Notes under the pieces: generated by a model
What the model saw: only the letters and a program-made list of their open reading frames with translations
The model's database searches: none
What the model was told of the DNA's origin: nothing
Shown here: positions 40,801 to 54,500 of the stretch, in pieces
Numbering within the stretch: the stretch's first letter is position 1
How the letters are laid out: each line of letters begins with the position of its first letter
Translations under genes and position numbers: made by a program
NCBI RefSeq assembly: GCF_006345805.1
Contig: NC_043004.1
Location: forward strand, 5,084,001 to 5,148,000
DNA: 64,000 nt
Reading direction: 5' to 3'
Origin: Octopus sinensis
Taxonomy: Eukaryota

Positions 40801-42234
40801 GCAATGGGGGACTTGAATGAAATAAAAATCTCTTAATTGGTTTGAAGAAAGTGATATACTGATAACTGTCTTTAAAACATTAACTACTATGTCTTGTGTG
40901 TAGCTGGCAACATGTACCACTGATGGTACATGTTGCAGTTGGTGTATTAATTATCCATCATTCCCTCTATGTATGAGTATGTGTGTGTGTGTGTACACCA
41001 TTCAGTTTCTTGTGTCTAAAAACCTACAGTCTCCATGTTTTATTTCTCAATATTCCCTCAACACATAGATTACTCCTTGCTTATATATCCCTCTTCTCTA
41101 CCAAATAAGTTGATGACATTCAGTGTTGATTTATGGAACTCTTCCAAATATGTTAATTCCAGATTACCTCAGTGTTAGTATTGAATATAATCTCCCCAAC
41201 CAAGAAAGCACTGCATTTTTTTTTTCTCTTCCATTACTGCTCAGATAAAATTGTAAAACAATATCTATCATTTTTTTTCATTTTCAGTTCTTACTGATTT
41301 TATTAACATTTAGTATAATCTTATTACCATCCATTATCCTCTTTGAATTTTCGAAGAAATACAAGTCAAATCTTTGTATAGGAATAATAATATAGCTATC
41401 ACCTTTTCAGTATACATTTGGGTTGAAAATCTTGGATTTATTTCCTTACAGCCATTATTAAGATTATGTTCTTGTAAAATTTGATGTTTTGCATCTCAAA
41501 AGAGATTTTATTGTCGTCATTTAATGTCCGCTTTCCATGGTGGCAAAGGTTGGACGGTTTGACTGAGGACTGGCAAGCCAGTAGGCTGCACTAGGCTCCA
41601 ATCTGATTTGGCATGGTTTCTGTGGCTGGATGCCCTTCCTAATGCCAACCACTCCGAGAGTCTAGTGGGTGCCTTTTACGTGTCACCAACATGGGAGCCA
41701 GTCAGGTGGCGCTGGCATCAACCACATTTGGATGGTGCTTTTTACATGCCACTGGCACGGGAGCCAGTCAGGCAGCACTGGCATCATTTATTGTGGAGAA
41801 TTTCACTGTTTTCATCATTGCTCACATTTTTATCTTAAAATCATCTTTGGGTATACTCCAATCCAAATTGAAACTACTTTTGATATGTGGTGTTGTGCAT
41901 GATCTAAGTTGATCAGTAAAAGGATGTCAGGTTATCAAGTATCCACTCCAAAAGCGCCTGAGTGGTGAAAGTGGACTTTTGGTTGGTTTTAGAAACTAGA
42001 ATACAAACTTGACTTGCTTTATCACCTTAACTGAAGAGTACCGGTCATGCACCACGGCTAAGCCTTCACTTTTGTATTTTTGGTTTAGTGCCAATATGAA
42101 ATCATGACTAAGATTGGTAATGACTAAGTAATTGCTATATTTAAAACAATTATATGAAATTTTGTTTGTGATTTAAAAAAAAAAAAAATAAAGTTTCTTT
42201 ATGCATGTGAATAAAAATGATTTTTCTGTTGTAG

Positions 42235-42382
42235 GAATTATTTGCGGAATTTGGACCTCTAAAGAAAGCTGCCGTTCATTATGATCGTTCTGGTCGATCA
42301 TTAGGTACTGCTGAAGTTATTTATGAAAGACGAACTGATGCTATCAAAGCTATGAAACAGTACAACAATGTCCCTTTGGATG
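42235..42382 (+). CDS. ALYREF: ALYREF exon 3 (RRM core)
   Basis: TTGTAG acceptor; [49 protein letters not shown](G); donor G|GTATTA; 148 nt, ends phase 1; absent from ORF track. Confidence 0.96.
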
Positions 42383-42426
42383 GTATTATTATATTCTTTC
42401 TATATTTTCTTTTGTTTGGTAATAAT

Positions 42427-42666
42427 CAGGACTGTGGAGTCAGAGTCGGTAAAACTATACTGACTCTGATTCCAACTCATAATGTCTTTATTCTTTAATA
42501 TAAACCAGTTATAGCATACAGGCCTACTTGAAGTACAAGCGTATGCATATGCGTTATGAGACATGTTGACCACAATCACTTAATTACATAAAGAGGAGTC
42601 AGAGTTGGGGATACCAATAGTAGAGGAGTTGGAGTCAAGGTTTTTTGTTTCGACTCCACAGCCCTG
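42427..42666. mobile_element. hAT-type MITE
   Basis: TIRs CAGGACTGTGGAGTC / GACTCCACAGCCCTG; perfect 8-bp TSD GTAATAAT (42419-42426, 42667-42674); second, shorter copy ~39466-39661. Confidence 0.85.
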
Positions 42667-44569
42667 GTAATAATATACTGGGATTCCAGATTTGATATAT
42701 TGAGTTTAAATATTCTTAATACACTCCATGAAATTGTTTGTTGAACTAATTTCCTTTTCAAAACCTCGCATATTTGATAGCATTTCAGGATGATAAATTG
42801 CTATTATCCCCATCGGTATCAGACGATATTGAATGTAATGGAAACTGCACCAATAAATAGACAATTACTGTAATAATCATTGAAGCATGCAGATTATTTT
42901 TCTCTTAACTCTTAAAATCCCGTAGTAGTTTCTCTATAGAAATTGTTCAGTTCTGTTACAAATCGAGAGATTTTGGTGAAATAATTAATCCAGTTCAAAC
43001 ACCACAAGAACATAACTATTGCATCAATATGAAATGGCATTTGCTCATACAATACAGTGATTGCTGCTGAACATTGTATATGTAGTTTTTTTGGGTTTTT
43101 TTACATATCACTTTCACCTGTCCAGGGAGGCTGAATACAGATAAATTGTTGATTAAAAATACAAGTTTTCGTACATAATTTCAAAATACCAACTTCTTAT
43201 TTTGGAGCTGAATTTGTGCTCCAGATAGTTTCTGTAACTTGGAAGCTGCACAGCTCCCATTGGAGAAGAAATAAATTTGAAATGCCTTCATCTCCTCCAT
43301 TCAAAAATTTGTGAGGATCAACAAATTGGTGTTATTTATTTTTATTATAATTCTCTCTTCATAACCCCAATAAACCAACCAGTATGGAGAGACCTTACAT
43401 TTATAATATATCAGTAAATATTTGGTTTTTTAATCTTTATCGTTTATTAACAAAAGCATCAATGCAATATCAACTCTATGATAACTTGATTCCTACATAG
43501 AATTCATAAATCTTAATATCACTTTAGCTGGTATGTATGTACATAGGGAACTGAAATGTCTTCTAATTATTTTTTCAAAGTCCAAACTCTTTCCCTGTCA
43601 CTCAGCAAGTAAAGTGAAATCACAGCCATGGCCGATACCAGTGTCGCATAACCAGCTCATTTAGAAGTACCTTTGATTCGTTGGGCGATATGCTGCACTT
43701 GAGAAGACCTATCGAGTCAAGTAAAATCAAAATGGAAATTGTAGGTTGTGGTCGGTGCCAGTGCTGCATGACTGACTCCCCATGCTGGTGGCATGTAAAA
43801 AGCACCATCAGAATGTGGTCGATGCCAGTGCCCTCCAACTAGCTCTTGTGCTTCTAGCACGTAAAAATCTCCATCCAAATATGGTCAATGCCAGTACCAC
43901 CTGACTGGCTCCCGTGCCAGTGACACATAAAAAAGCACCCACTACACTCTTGGAATGGTTGGTGTTAGGAAGGGCATCCAGATCAGATTGGAGCCTGGTG
44001 CGGCCTCCTGGCTTGCTAGTCCTCAGTCAAACCATCCAACCCATGCCAGCATGGAAAACTGATGTTAAATGATGATAATGGTAAATAAATAAATCATTAA
44101 ATATCACTAAATTCTGAGCTCACTACTTGGATATTACAACCATCATCATCATTTAACATCCACTTTCCATGTTGGCATAGGTTGGATGGTTTGATTGAGG
44201 ACTGGCAAGCCAGGAGGCTATACCAGGCTCCAATCTCATTTGGCATGGATACCCTTCCTAATGCCAACCACTCTGAGAGTGTAATGTGTGCTTTTTACAT
44301 ACCACCAGCATGGGAGCCAGTCAGGCAGCACTGGCATCGGCCACGACTACTATTTCACTTGACTCAACAAGTCTTCTTAAGCACAGCATATTGCCCAATG
44401 ATTGAAAGGTTCTTTTAAACAGGCCAGTTATGTGACACTGGCATCATGTTAAAAAAAAATCCAGAGAAATTCACTTTAATAAAACATGAAAATAAACACA
44501 CAAAGTGTAATCAGGAAGTTCTTTCTAAAATGAGACTAAACTTTGTTTCTTGCTCAGGAGTGTTTAGTT

Positions 44570-45070
44570 CTTATAATAATAATGAAATTATTGTATACAG
44601 TGCTCAGGTGCACCACAACTTGTCAGAAAGTGCATACAAAGTATATGCAGTAATGTACAAATGTCTGGAAAACGAACAATGTATGAGTCAGATACATGCT
44701 TGTGTGTGTATGGAGGGGAGGAAATCAGGTGTAGTGTTGGCGATTTTCAGAAAGCATGGAAGTTTTGAAGGATGCAGTGCTCCGACAACTAACAACTGAT
44801 GCCGGCAGTTTGTTCCATGCTTCAGCAACTCTCAGCGTGAAAAAATGTTTCCTAAAGTCATGGGAGCTGTGCTGTTTTCTGACTTTGTAAATATGTCCAC
44901 GGGTGTTAGACAGGTGGAGTTTGAAAAGGTGCTCAGAGTTATTGTTTGTAAGATGGTTGATAATTTTATGGGTGTCTGCCAAGTCAGCTGCCAGACGTCG
45001 GAGTTTCAATGTGTCCATGCCCAGGGAAGTAAGGCATTCAGAATATGGCAAATGTCTGATTGAGGGTATT
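44570..45070 (-). mobile_element. CR1-clade LINE 3' end in ALYREF intron 3 (antisense)
   Basis: Y..L..L....L..RR, TRGH..K, FFTLRV...WNKLP..VV......FK motifs; TTA-repeat tail. Confidence 0.88.
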
Positions 45071-45879
45071 TTGTGGTCCCCACAAGATCACTATTTGAAC
45101 TGTGATTTTTGCGCAGTTTAGGATTTTGCAACATATGTGAATGCCTGAAGTACAAAAATTCAAAGAGCTAATTAAACTTAGTTCAGTGAGCTTTTCTGTT
45201 ACCTTTTCCTGTCAGGCAAGTCACATGGTAGCCTCGCTAGTGCTGTGACACAAGAAAAGCACCTCACACACTGTAAAGTTGTTGCTGTTAAAAAGGACAG
45301 CCAACCAAAGAAACCATGGACAGCTGATATTAGAGCACAATGCAGTCCTGCAGCTCAAACTGTCCGACCCATGTCTAAATTACATTTATAACAAAACGTA
45401 GGTTTTGTTATAAATGTAACTTACACTTTTTTTTTAATGAAATAGTTTTTCATAAGAAGTTCACTTCACAACCTGATGTTTTCAGGTTTAGTTCTACTTG
45501 AGCAAGTGTCTTATTATAGACTAAGACTAACCAATGTCTTGTGAGTGAAATTGGTTGGAAGAAACTGAAAGCTAATTGTGTGTATGCATGCATGTCTATG
45601 AATTTCTGTCTTAAAGTTGGCACCACTTGTAAATCAGCGCTCTAACGTTGCAGAACTTAACAGTTCAGTGATTAGAGGACTATAAGTGTCAGTCTGTCTT
45701 GGTGTTGGTATGATTGACTAAAAAACCTTCAAGGTTTTGGCCTCAACCTACTGACTGACACAAAAGAATTACAATATTTTATAATAGTCAAATCACTTTA
45801 CCAATTAATATTGCTACAGTAAGGGTCTAAGTAGGCAGATTAATTAAATTAAGTATTCATCAAACAATTTGCATTTCAT

Positions 45880-46450
45880 ATACCATTTGGAGTGTTCATA
45901 TTTCGTGTGGGTTTTGGCACATGGTGTCTAGATTGGAAGTGGTTGTTGCATAGTTGGGGAATTTCAGAGAAGAACGAAAAGAATAGCCATTGGTGTTTAT
46001 AAAGCAGAGATGGGGATTGAAACTGGGTACTGGAGCACACCAGAATTGACAGAACGAAAAACAGAAAGAACTATGTCATCAGCTGAATCAATAGTGCAGT
46101 CTAATAGGAACTCATTGATCTTTAAGAGATGAGAGATGGGCGTGCCAGACTTAGTCATCAATCTTTACTGGTGCTGAGGGCAACAGAATTGCTTTCACCA
46201 AATTTCTCTCTGATAAAAGCCCATTGGTGGGTGACAGAAGAATCTAACTTTGCAGAAATTGTATTGGTGGTCATGAAAGAGAGATTCAAGGTTGCTAGGA
46301 TTAATAGGGACTTTTCACTGGACTTACAATGAAGAAAAGGATTTCTGTGAAGTATGCTAATGGCATACCTTAGAGATATCTTATCTCCCACTGTGTTTAT
46401 CAATGCAACTGCCTTGGTACTACAATTATACTGTTCGAATACATCCAGTT
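45880..46450 (-). mobile_element. Degenerate LINE reverse-transcriptase fragment
   Basis: Minus-strand VNSGVLQ (GVPQG-like) and ADD-like remnants, scrambled and interrupted. Confidence 0.45.
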
Positions 46451-47627
46451 GTTAAAAACCCAACCAAAACTGGATCTCAGTTTTGCCAATGACTTGGCAT
46501 CGCATTGCTTCATGCAATTAGTGCCACAAGAGGTGGACACATTTGCCCAGCAAATTGGGCTATAGATTAATATTAGAAAGATAAGCCTTGACTTGCTGTC
46601 TTCTTGGTGGTACTAATTACCCTGAACACTGAGTCCCATGGTAAAGTGAATAAGTTTGTATATTCCAGGACTTCCTCTGCCAACCTACCAGAGCCATAAA
46701 GAAATCTCTTGTTGCATCAACTGGATGTGTTCAGTCATCATACACCACTACAACTGCTTATCAGACCAGTGTGACATGAATCTATGAACCAAAGTCTGTG
46801 TATATTGCGCATCCATACATCATTACTTCTTCCAGGGCTGTTGAGTTATACTTTATAGAAGTAATTGATTGTCACTGCTTAAGGCATACACACACACACT
46901 CCAAATTACATTAGGCTGTCAATCTTGTTGCTTCATTCCTAGTGCAGCATCAAAGTTGTCATCCAGCAGTGTTATCTCAGTTCAATCACATTTGTCATCA
47001 ACCAGCTGAAACGCTGGTGTGCTGTCATTGACCCCTGGCTACACTAGCAGTGATGGTATCATAGAGGACAGCTCAAGATCTGTTGGGTCTAACCAAGTCT
47101 AATAGGACCTTGATAATGGAGCAAGAAATGACTTCCATTTTGCAGGCACTTGGCAACTGTCCAAGAAGTGTTGATTATCCAAGATGCAGTTTTAGAGGAG
47201 GCCAGCTATCTGCAAGTTAGTTACAATGATAGGAAAGAAGGAACTTATCCTCAGACAGGAGACTTAGTCCAAATTGCAACAATGCAAACTTTGCTAAAGA
47301 CATCAAAAGTAGAGGGGTGGATGGGTGATGTTAAACTAGGCATCTTGACCTTGATAGTAATAAAACAAAAGCAAATAAGTTATATTATTCTAATGAGAGT
47401 TTTTACATTTTTGTATATTTTAGTTCTTTTATTTCCAGTGCAAAGTTCAACTTGTATTTCTGAAACACAAAACATTTATTGTTCTATTTTGACAATTTAT
47501 ATTTACACTGAAATCATGAATTAGGCCATACTTTTGGCATTCATAAGTTTTATGTTGGTTTACTTGAAATGATCTCCAGTCTGCAATTCAAAGCAGTCAA
47601 TTTGATTAAAATTTTTGTTTTCTCCAG

Positions 47628-47718
47628 GTCGAGCCATGAATATCCAGCTAGTAGGTGCAACAACATCAGAAGGCCCCAACAGATTGGGAATTAGTGGTCT
47701 ATCGAATCGAAGGCCAGC
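47628..47718 (+). CDS. ALYREF: ALYREF exon 4 (end of RRM)
   Basis: TCTCCAG acceptor; (G)RAMNIQLVGATTSEGPNRLGISGLSNRRP(A); donor GC|GTAAGG; 91 nt, phase 1 to 2. Confidence 0.93.
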
Positions 47719-47870
47719 GTAAGGATTGCTTTGTTTAACTTCCAGCTCTGTTGATTCAGTAGTTACTGCATTTTGATTATGGAATTGAAGCTTTTTATTG
47801 TTGTTAAATGACAATAACTTCATAAAATTTGGACAGGTTGAATGTTATTGAATCTCTCTTTGTTTTGTAG

Positions 47871-48039
47871 ATACAATTCAGGAGGGGGTGGGCTTGGTGG
47901 TGGTGGTGGTGGTGGTGGTGGCACCGGGAACACAAGAGGAAGAGGTCGGGGAAGAGGAGGTCGAGGTCGTGGAGGTCAGACCAGAAAAACACCAACAGCT
48001 GAAGAATTGGATGCACAGCTTGATGCATACAATGCTAGG
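47871..48039 (+). CDS. ALYREF: ALYREF exon 5 (poly-Gly/RGG, C-terminal UAP56-binding motif)
   Basis: TTTGTAG acceptor; YNSGGGG...RGRGRG...TAEELDAQLDAYNAR; donor AGG|GTAAGG; 169 nt, phase 2 to 0. Confidence 0.95.
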
Positions 48040-50023
48040 GTAAGGGACTTGTTTAAGATCTTGTTATTTTTATATATCTCGTTTATGCTTTGACTTATTT
48101 ACTCAAGCTTATTCTCCCAAACTACTGTTTATTTGCTCTTAACCTCTCGGCTTTTCACACAATCAATTATCAAACTACAATGATCCTCAGAGCCAATACT
48201 TACCTTCACTTTTCATATGATAACTCTTCCCTTAACAAGGACTGGTGTTTTTCATAAGGACCTTTTCTTGGAAAGCAATATGAACCCAGCACTACAGCTA
48301 AGCAATCACTTGTTGATTCTATTGCTTTGCTCCTATCTACAGCAATAAATTATACCTCTGCTATAACAGAGATATAGTTTATGTCGGCGTCTGTGTAGGC
48401 ACTCAGGCTGCCTGACACAACCTACCATTTTAAGGAAAGATGCCTGCATTGGCCAGTGCAGCCCCTAATATAGCAAACAACAATCTGAGTGTGACCTCAG
48501 ATTGTCTTTATTTATGGGGCTGTTTGATTAAGGCTAAAACAACAACCTTCAACGGTATCACTTAGAGCTATTTAATTTTATAGCATTTAAACCAGCCACG
48601 TCCAACCTAAATATTCTATCTGCTTTATGTTCAAACTGACCAAATCTGGCTTCTCACACTTACTCTACAATGTCATTCTAAAAACTAACAATTGTATCTC
48701 AAAGCTAAGAGAAAATGTGAAATAAGATCATTTCCATCTAAATATAGTTGTATATACTGTGAAAATTTCAACTGCACATTTCAATACCTCCAGTTCCACC
48801 CCCTCCCAATGTTTGAAATGGAAATTGATGTCTTTGTAATCAACAATATGGCTTCAGCAAGTAGCAGTTCCAATTTCAGAGGATTCACTGTTGAAGACTT
48901 ACAAAATGTAGAAGAAAAATAAAAGCTACTGCAACTTTTCTTCAGGTGAATCAGATTCTGAATTTTCCTTCGACAAGGAAGGGTATTTTGATAGCAAAAG
49001 TGAAGATCTTCAGAACACCATTCACAATATTACGATGACATGGCCAAACTATATAACACCAATAAATATTCCCTCATTTTATTTAAAATACATAATTGTG
49101 TGTGTGTGTGTGTGGGGGGGGTAAATTCCATTTAATTTGGTTCAGAAGTGTTTTGTTCTAAGTAGACACCATAACAAGACAGGAGTATGGAACCTAGTAC
49201 AGCCCCTAGTCTTGCCATCTCCTGTCAAGCCCTCCAACCCATGCCTCATGCCAGTGTAGAAAACGAAGTTTAAATGATACATTTAATATTAAATAATCTA
49301 AATGCTAAAGTGTTTGGCTTCGAACATGGATGCAACAAGATGCTAAATTTGGGGGGATTTTTATGCTAGTTTACCCCCCGATTAACTTAGCCATCAATGC
49401 TCTAAGCTAATGCAATTCACAGGTTACATAATCATTTCTAGTTTGCACCTGCAATTTGATGATTGTTATTCTAATTTTCTAAAATCATCAGAAGTCTTGG
49501 CTAATTAATTTGATTATTTGCAAATACCTACCGGATCATTCGTTTTTGTAATCAAACTTTTGACCAGAAATGTATTATTAGGTCTTCAACTCCTTTGGTG
49601 CCAACCCACCTGAGACCACCTCCAGCTCTGTGAAATAAGACTCCCTGTTTTAAAAGCGTTCGTATTTAGATTAAGACTTTCCATCATAATCATTTTTATG
49701 TAACATTTTTGGTGAGTTACATTTCATATGGGAACCTAATACATCAATTAATGAAGAAATTTAATAACCTCCTTCAAATTTTAAGATTATTTTCATAATT
49801 AATTTAAATATATTAAGTGTATTTCACGTGAAATATGGTATTGTGGAAGAGGCTACAAGCAGGAACTATATTTCTCATTCCATGAAAAGTATGGTTGCTA
49901 CCTCTAGCCTCGTTATTGTAATGATAAAGCTAAGCAATTCTTCTAATATCTGTTTCTACCATCAGTTTTTTTTCTTTTGATATTTGTTATACTTTTTAAG
50001 TGACTTTTTGTCTTATATTTCAG

Positions 50024-50038
50024 ATGGATACTAACTGA
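50024..50038 (+). CDS. ALYREF: ALYREF exon 6 coding part (MDTN-stop)
   Basis: TTTCAG acceptor then ATG GAT ACT AAC TGA; resembles the vertebrate C-terminus YNARMDTS; total CDS 831 nt. Confidence 0.9.
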   Translation: MDTN

Positions 50039-51560
50039 ACCATTTGGCATGCTGCGGCAAGAATCTGGAGTACAGAGTTTCTGTGTTGGGGGTGGCTTCA
50101 TTCTTGCAGTCGCAGAAACAGCAACACCTCTGTTGGTTTACAGGTGGCGTTTTGGCTGGTTTGATTGCTCTCTGTTCAGCCTCCCTCAAATAACCAAAAG
50201 CAGCAGCAGCAGCATCAACAGAAATAACAGTGGTACTAACAGCCTCATTAACTTCTCACACCTCTCTCTTCCCCTTTTAATTTCTCCTCTTCATGAGTGA
50301 GACATACACTATTTTTTCCTCTCTCTCTCTCTCTTTATTTCCTACCATTCATTATACTGCTGTAGACTGGTAGGCAGAAAGAACTTCACTGCCTCTGTCT
50401 AGTTTCAGCAGTTTAAACCTACTCTGTGAACTGAAGACATATGCATAATCTTAAGCTTGCCTTTAGCATTCATACACACTATTAAGATGACAGGCATCCA
50501 GCTCTCTTTCTATCTGTCTCTTTATTTGATCCTTTAACTATTAACCAGCCATTTTACTGCAGTCATGCATTACTGCTGTTGTTATTGTCACTGCTGTTGC
50601 CAATGTATATAACACTGTTAGGTCGCAGGCGTTTATCCTGCTACTGTCTTGGAGACAGCCATAAGTATCCCCGTTCTTCCCCGACTCTTCATTCATGATT
50701 TAACCTTATCATTCAAACCATTCATATTATAAACAGTTCTTAACATTTTGGTTGCGTCAGAATGAGACCTGCCATGTAATGCAGATTCAGCTCAGCAGTG
50801 TGAAAACTATTTCCTCAGAAACTTACTTTGAACAGAACTTCAGATATAACAAAAACAAAAAAAATTCTTCATATACAAAACAAAGCAAAAAAAACTTGGA
50901 TATTTTTTTCTCATTTGTTTTTATTCCCTTTTAAACTGATTTTTAGTCATTCATTTTCCTAATCATACAATTTTTTTTTTGTTTTTACATAAATATATTT
51001 AAGATAAGTGTCTTACCATCAATTATTTCTCCCCCTCCTTTTTAATAAACAAACCTATTTGGGTTTTGTTAAGAAACAAAAGATCTTGCCTTAGTTTTAG
51101 TGTATTTTGTAAATAGTTTATAAATCAATTTCATCTCCAGTAAGTGTCACTTTGTCCTCATTCCTTTACAGTTGCATATAATCTGCTATATGAAGCTGCT
51201 CATTACTGACTGGGGCCACATAGATTGAATGAAATGTCATTGATCCCACCTACTTTATCTCATCATTCTACTTCAAATACTTATTTGTTTATGAGATCAG
51301 AGACAGGGTCAGTAGGGATCAGCTTCTTAAAGTGTAGTTATTTTTGAGTGGGTTTTATTTTGTAATGTTACTTTCAAAAGTGAAAGTCTACTAAAGCAGT
51401 AAATTTGGATTAAAATTTTGGAGAAAAAAAAAGAAAAGAAAAATTTCTGTTTTTGGTAGCCTTTCTTTCACATTTTTATTATTTCTTTTATCATATATAT
51501 TCATCAAATCCATTTGTATGTTGGTTTCTGTTGTCAAATGAAACTTTTTATTACAGAAAA
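50039..51560 (+). other. Probable ALYREF 3' UTR
   Basis: Transposon-free unique sequence after the stop; AATAAA at 51044-51049; U-rich tracts; 3' end uncertain. Confidence 0.55.
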
Positions 51561-54500
51561 CCAACTCGTGTGCTTCATATTATTCCAGTTTTATTTTTTA
51601 AATTTTAATTTCAAATACTCTTATCATAATATTAATGTTACTGCTTGTTCCTCGTCTCTTTTTCAAGATTTGTAGCCAGTGCAACAGGAACTATGGTGGC
51701 TATTTTAATACAAATTTTTAATTCAGTCTTAATCCATTTCAAACTGGATTAATTATCTGAAGTCAGTAATTCTGATGCAGCCACATCTATTTTGTATTGT
51801 TCATATTGCCTATTTGTTGACCTTCCAGTGATGAGTGTGTGGGGAGAGGGGGGAGGTCAAATTCCATTTAATTTGGTTCAGAAGTGTTTTGTTCTAAATC
51901 ATCTTCATCCTTTAACATCCACTTTTCCAAGCTTGCATGGGTCAAATGGAATTTATTAAGGCAGATTTTCTGTGGCCGAATGCCTGTCTTGTTGCCAGCC
52001 TTCACCAGTTTTCAAGCAAGGTAACAATTTTCCATTGCTAGAAATGATTTTCACAAAGGATGAGAAACAACAATCTCGCTTATATGATGGTGATGGTGCT
52101 CATTTACAATCGTCGCATAATGTCTAGACAATGACATGCAGGCACACACACACACAGAGACATATAGACACCGAGCCTTATATTAGGTAGCGTGCTGTAC
52201 TGAAGACAACCCATCTGCCACAGAGGGTTAATACTGATGCTGGCACCACATGAAAAGCACCCGTACACACTGTTGGCATTAGGAAAGGCATCCAGCAGTA
52301 GAGACCAAGCCAGATCAGACAGCAGAGCCTGATGCAGCCTTTAGCTCTAGTAGCTCCAGTCAAATCGTCTGGCCCATGGTATCGTGGGAAATAGGCATTA
52401 AATGATGATTTTATATATATATATTTATATATGTATATATGACAAATTCATTGAGTTTCCATCTACCTAATACACTCATAATGTTTTGGTCAGTTCAGGG
52501 CTGTAGTAGAAGATATTTGCCCAAGGTGCTGTGTAGTGAGACGGAACTCAAGACCCAATTTTTGGGAAGCATCTAATATTGATCAAAATGTGTAAGACTA
52601 ATTCATTCCATCAGATTGCCCTTTGTTTTGTCTTTTTTTTTTTTATAGCTAAGACATTCATATCTCTTACAGAAGGATTAAGAAACAAAATAGCTGGGGT
52701 TATACACCATCATTCATCAATAAGTATTTTTTTTCTCTCTGTGTAGTAAGTCAAAAACCTATTTTAGTCCCAAATCTGCCCATTCCTCCCACTCCAAATA
52801 AGTTTCCACAAGGTTTCTCATGATACACTTCCTCAGCAACTAGCAATATGGAGTTAGCTTTTCTTTGGACTGCCACAACACTCTCTTTATTTTTATGCAT
52901 ACGTCTCAGAAGGTTTTGTATTTCCTTCACTCATAAGACTACCACTGTACATACAGAGGTGAAAGTAGTCCGTGGCAGGTATCGAAAACAAAAAGTGGGC
53001 CGTGTGTATTCGGGAACAATAACAATTTTTTGGCATCAAAGTTTACTTTTATCCATATCAAAGTTATGAGATTTGACAAACTGAAAATTTCTATATAGAT
53101 CAGTTACTAACTAGAGTTACTATGAATGCAGACAAAAATCAAAAATGAGGGAGTGGAATTATATATATGTCTATAAGTCTACATATGTGCATCATTACTT
53201 AAATGTTCACTTTTCCATGCTTGGTTGGGTCAGACGGAATTTGTTGAACAGCTTTTCTACAGCTGGTTGTCTTTCCTGTCGCATACCTTCACCCATTTTC
53301 ATGGGGGACTGCTTGAATGCTGGTGACACTCGCTTACAACTATCGTGATGTCAAGGCCAGGAGAGAGAACACACACATACTTAGAAGCTGTGTTGGTAGA
53401 AGTTTGCTTCCCAACCAGTCTTATTGAGTAGCATGTTGGGCAAGTGTCTTCTATAGCTTCAGCTTGACCAAGGCCTTACCAGTGGATTTAGTTGATAAAA
53501 ACTAAACGAAGCCTGTCATATATGTGCCTATGTTTTTGCTTGTCTCTTTGTCTTGACATCATGTTTAGCCATAGAGGAAATATTACTTTGGGAACAGGTG
53601 AGGGTTTGCGACAGGAAAGTCATTCTGCCATAGAAAACATACATCAATAAACTGTCTGACCCATGCAAGCAGGGAAATGTGGATGTTAAAGCAACATGAA
53701 AATATATATATACATGTGTGCACGATGGACTTCTTTCCATTTTCTTTCAACCAAATCGAGGCTTTGGCCGGCCTAGGACTACAGTAGAAGATGTTTGCCT
53801 AATGTGCCGTGGGACTGAGCATGAGTGTGTACGCTTTTGTACTGCTGATGACAAACATTAAGTGTCTAGGATTGACAAGACCTCCCCTTTGTTAATAATT
53901 GTAGTAAGTCTTGATTAGTGTGTGATAATAGCAAGCCAATTAATAGAAGCCATGTGTGAGAGCCTGGCGATCGCAAAATCCTGTTTATTCCTTTCAGGTG
54001 CTGAAGACAAACATCCAGCATAACTCCATATCTTCCTGTGTTGTCAAAAATTTCAAGGCTGTTACTACTAGTACTGGCACAATGAAAGGTAGGTCAGGAG
54101 ATATGGGAGATGTCGGGGTTGAGGTAAGTCGTATACGTGATACAAGATGTAAGACAGAAGGGAGCCACAATCAGACTCCTCAAGGAACAAAAGGTGCCAA
54201 TTCTTCTAGGAAGGTAACAGTAGTGAACATGTATTGTTAGCTGAGAAATTGAGGTGATGAGTGTGTGTAATTAGGTAATTGGGATTAGGCTAATCTGACA
54301 AGATTCCTGCTACCTGATCGACCAAACAGTCTGCTTGTGAAATTAACATGTACCCTTAGTGTATTTCTCAGGGAGACTATGGCTAGGCTGGCCCTTCAAA
54401 TTACAATTACAAATCATTTTTATCAGTTGAGTGGTCTGGAGCAACATCTGATAAAGTATCTTGCTCATGGACATGATGCACCACTGGGAATTGAACTCAT

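Noticed and set aside
48040-48093. Hydrophobic C-terminal extension if ALYREF intron 5 is retained
   Set aside because: Strong GTAAGG donor and a conserved downstream exon; T-rich intron sequence gives such tails by chance
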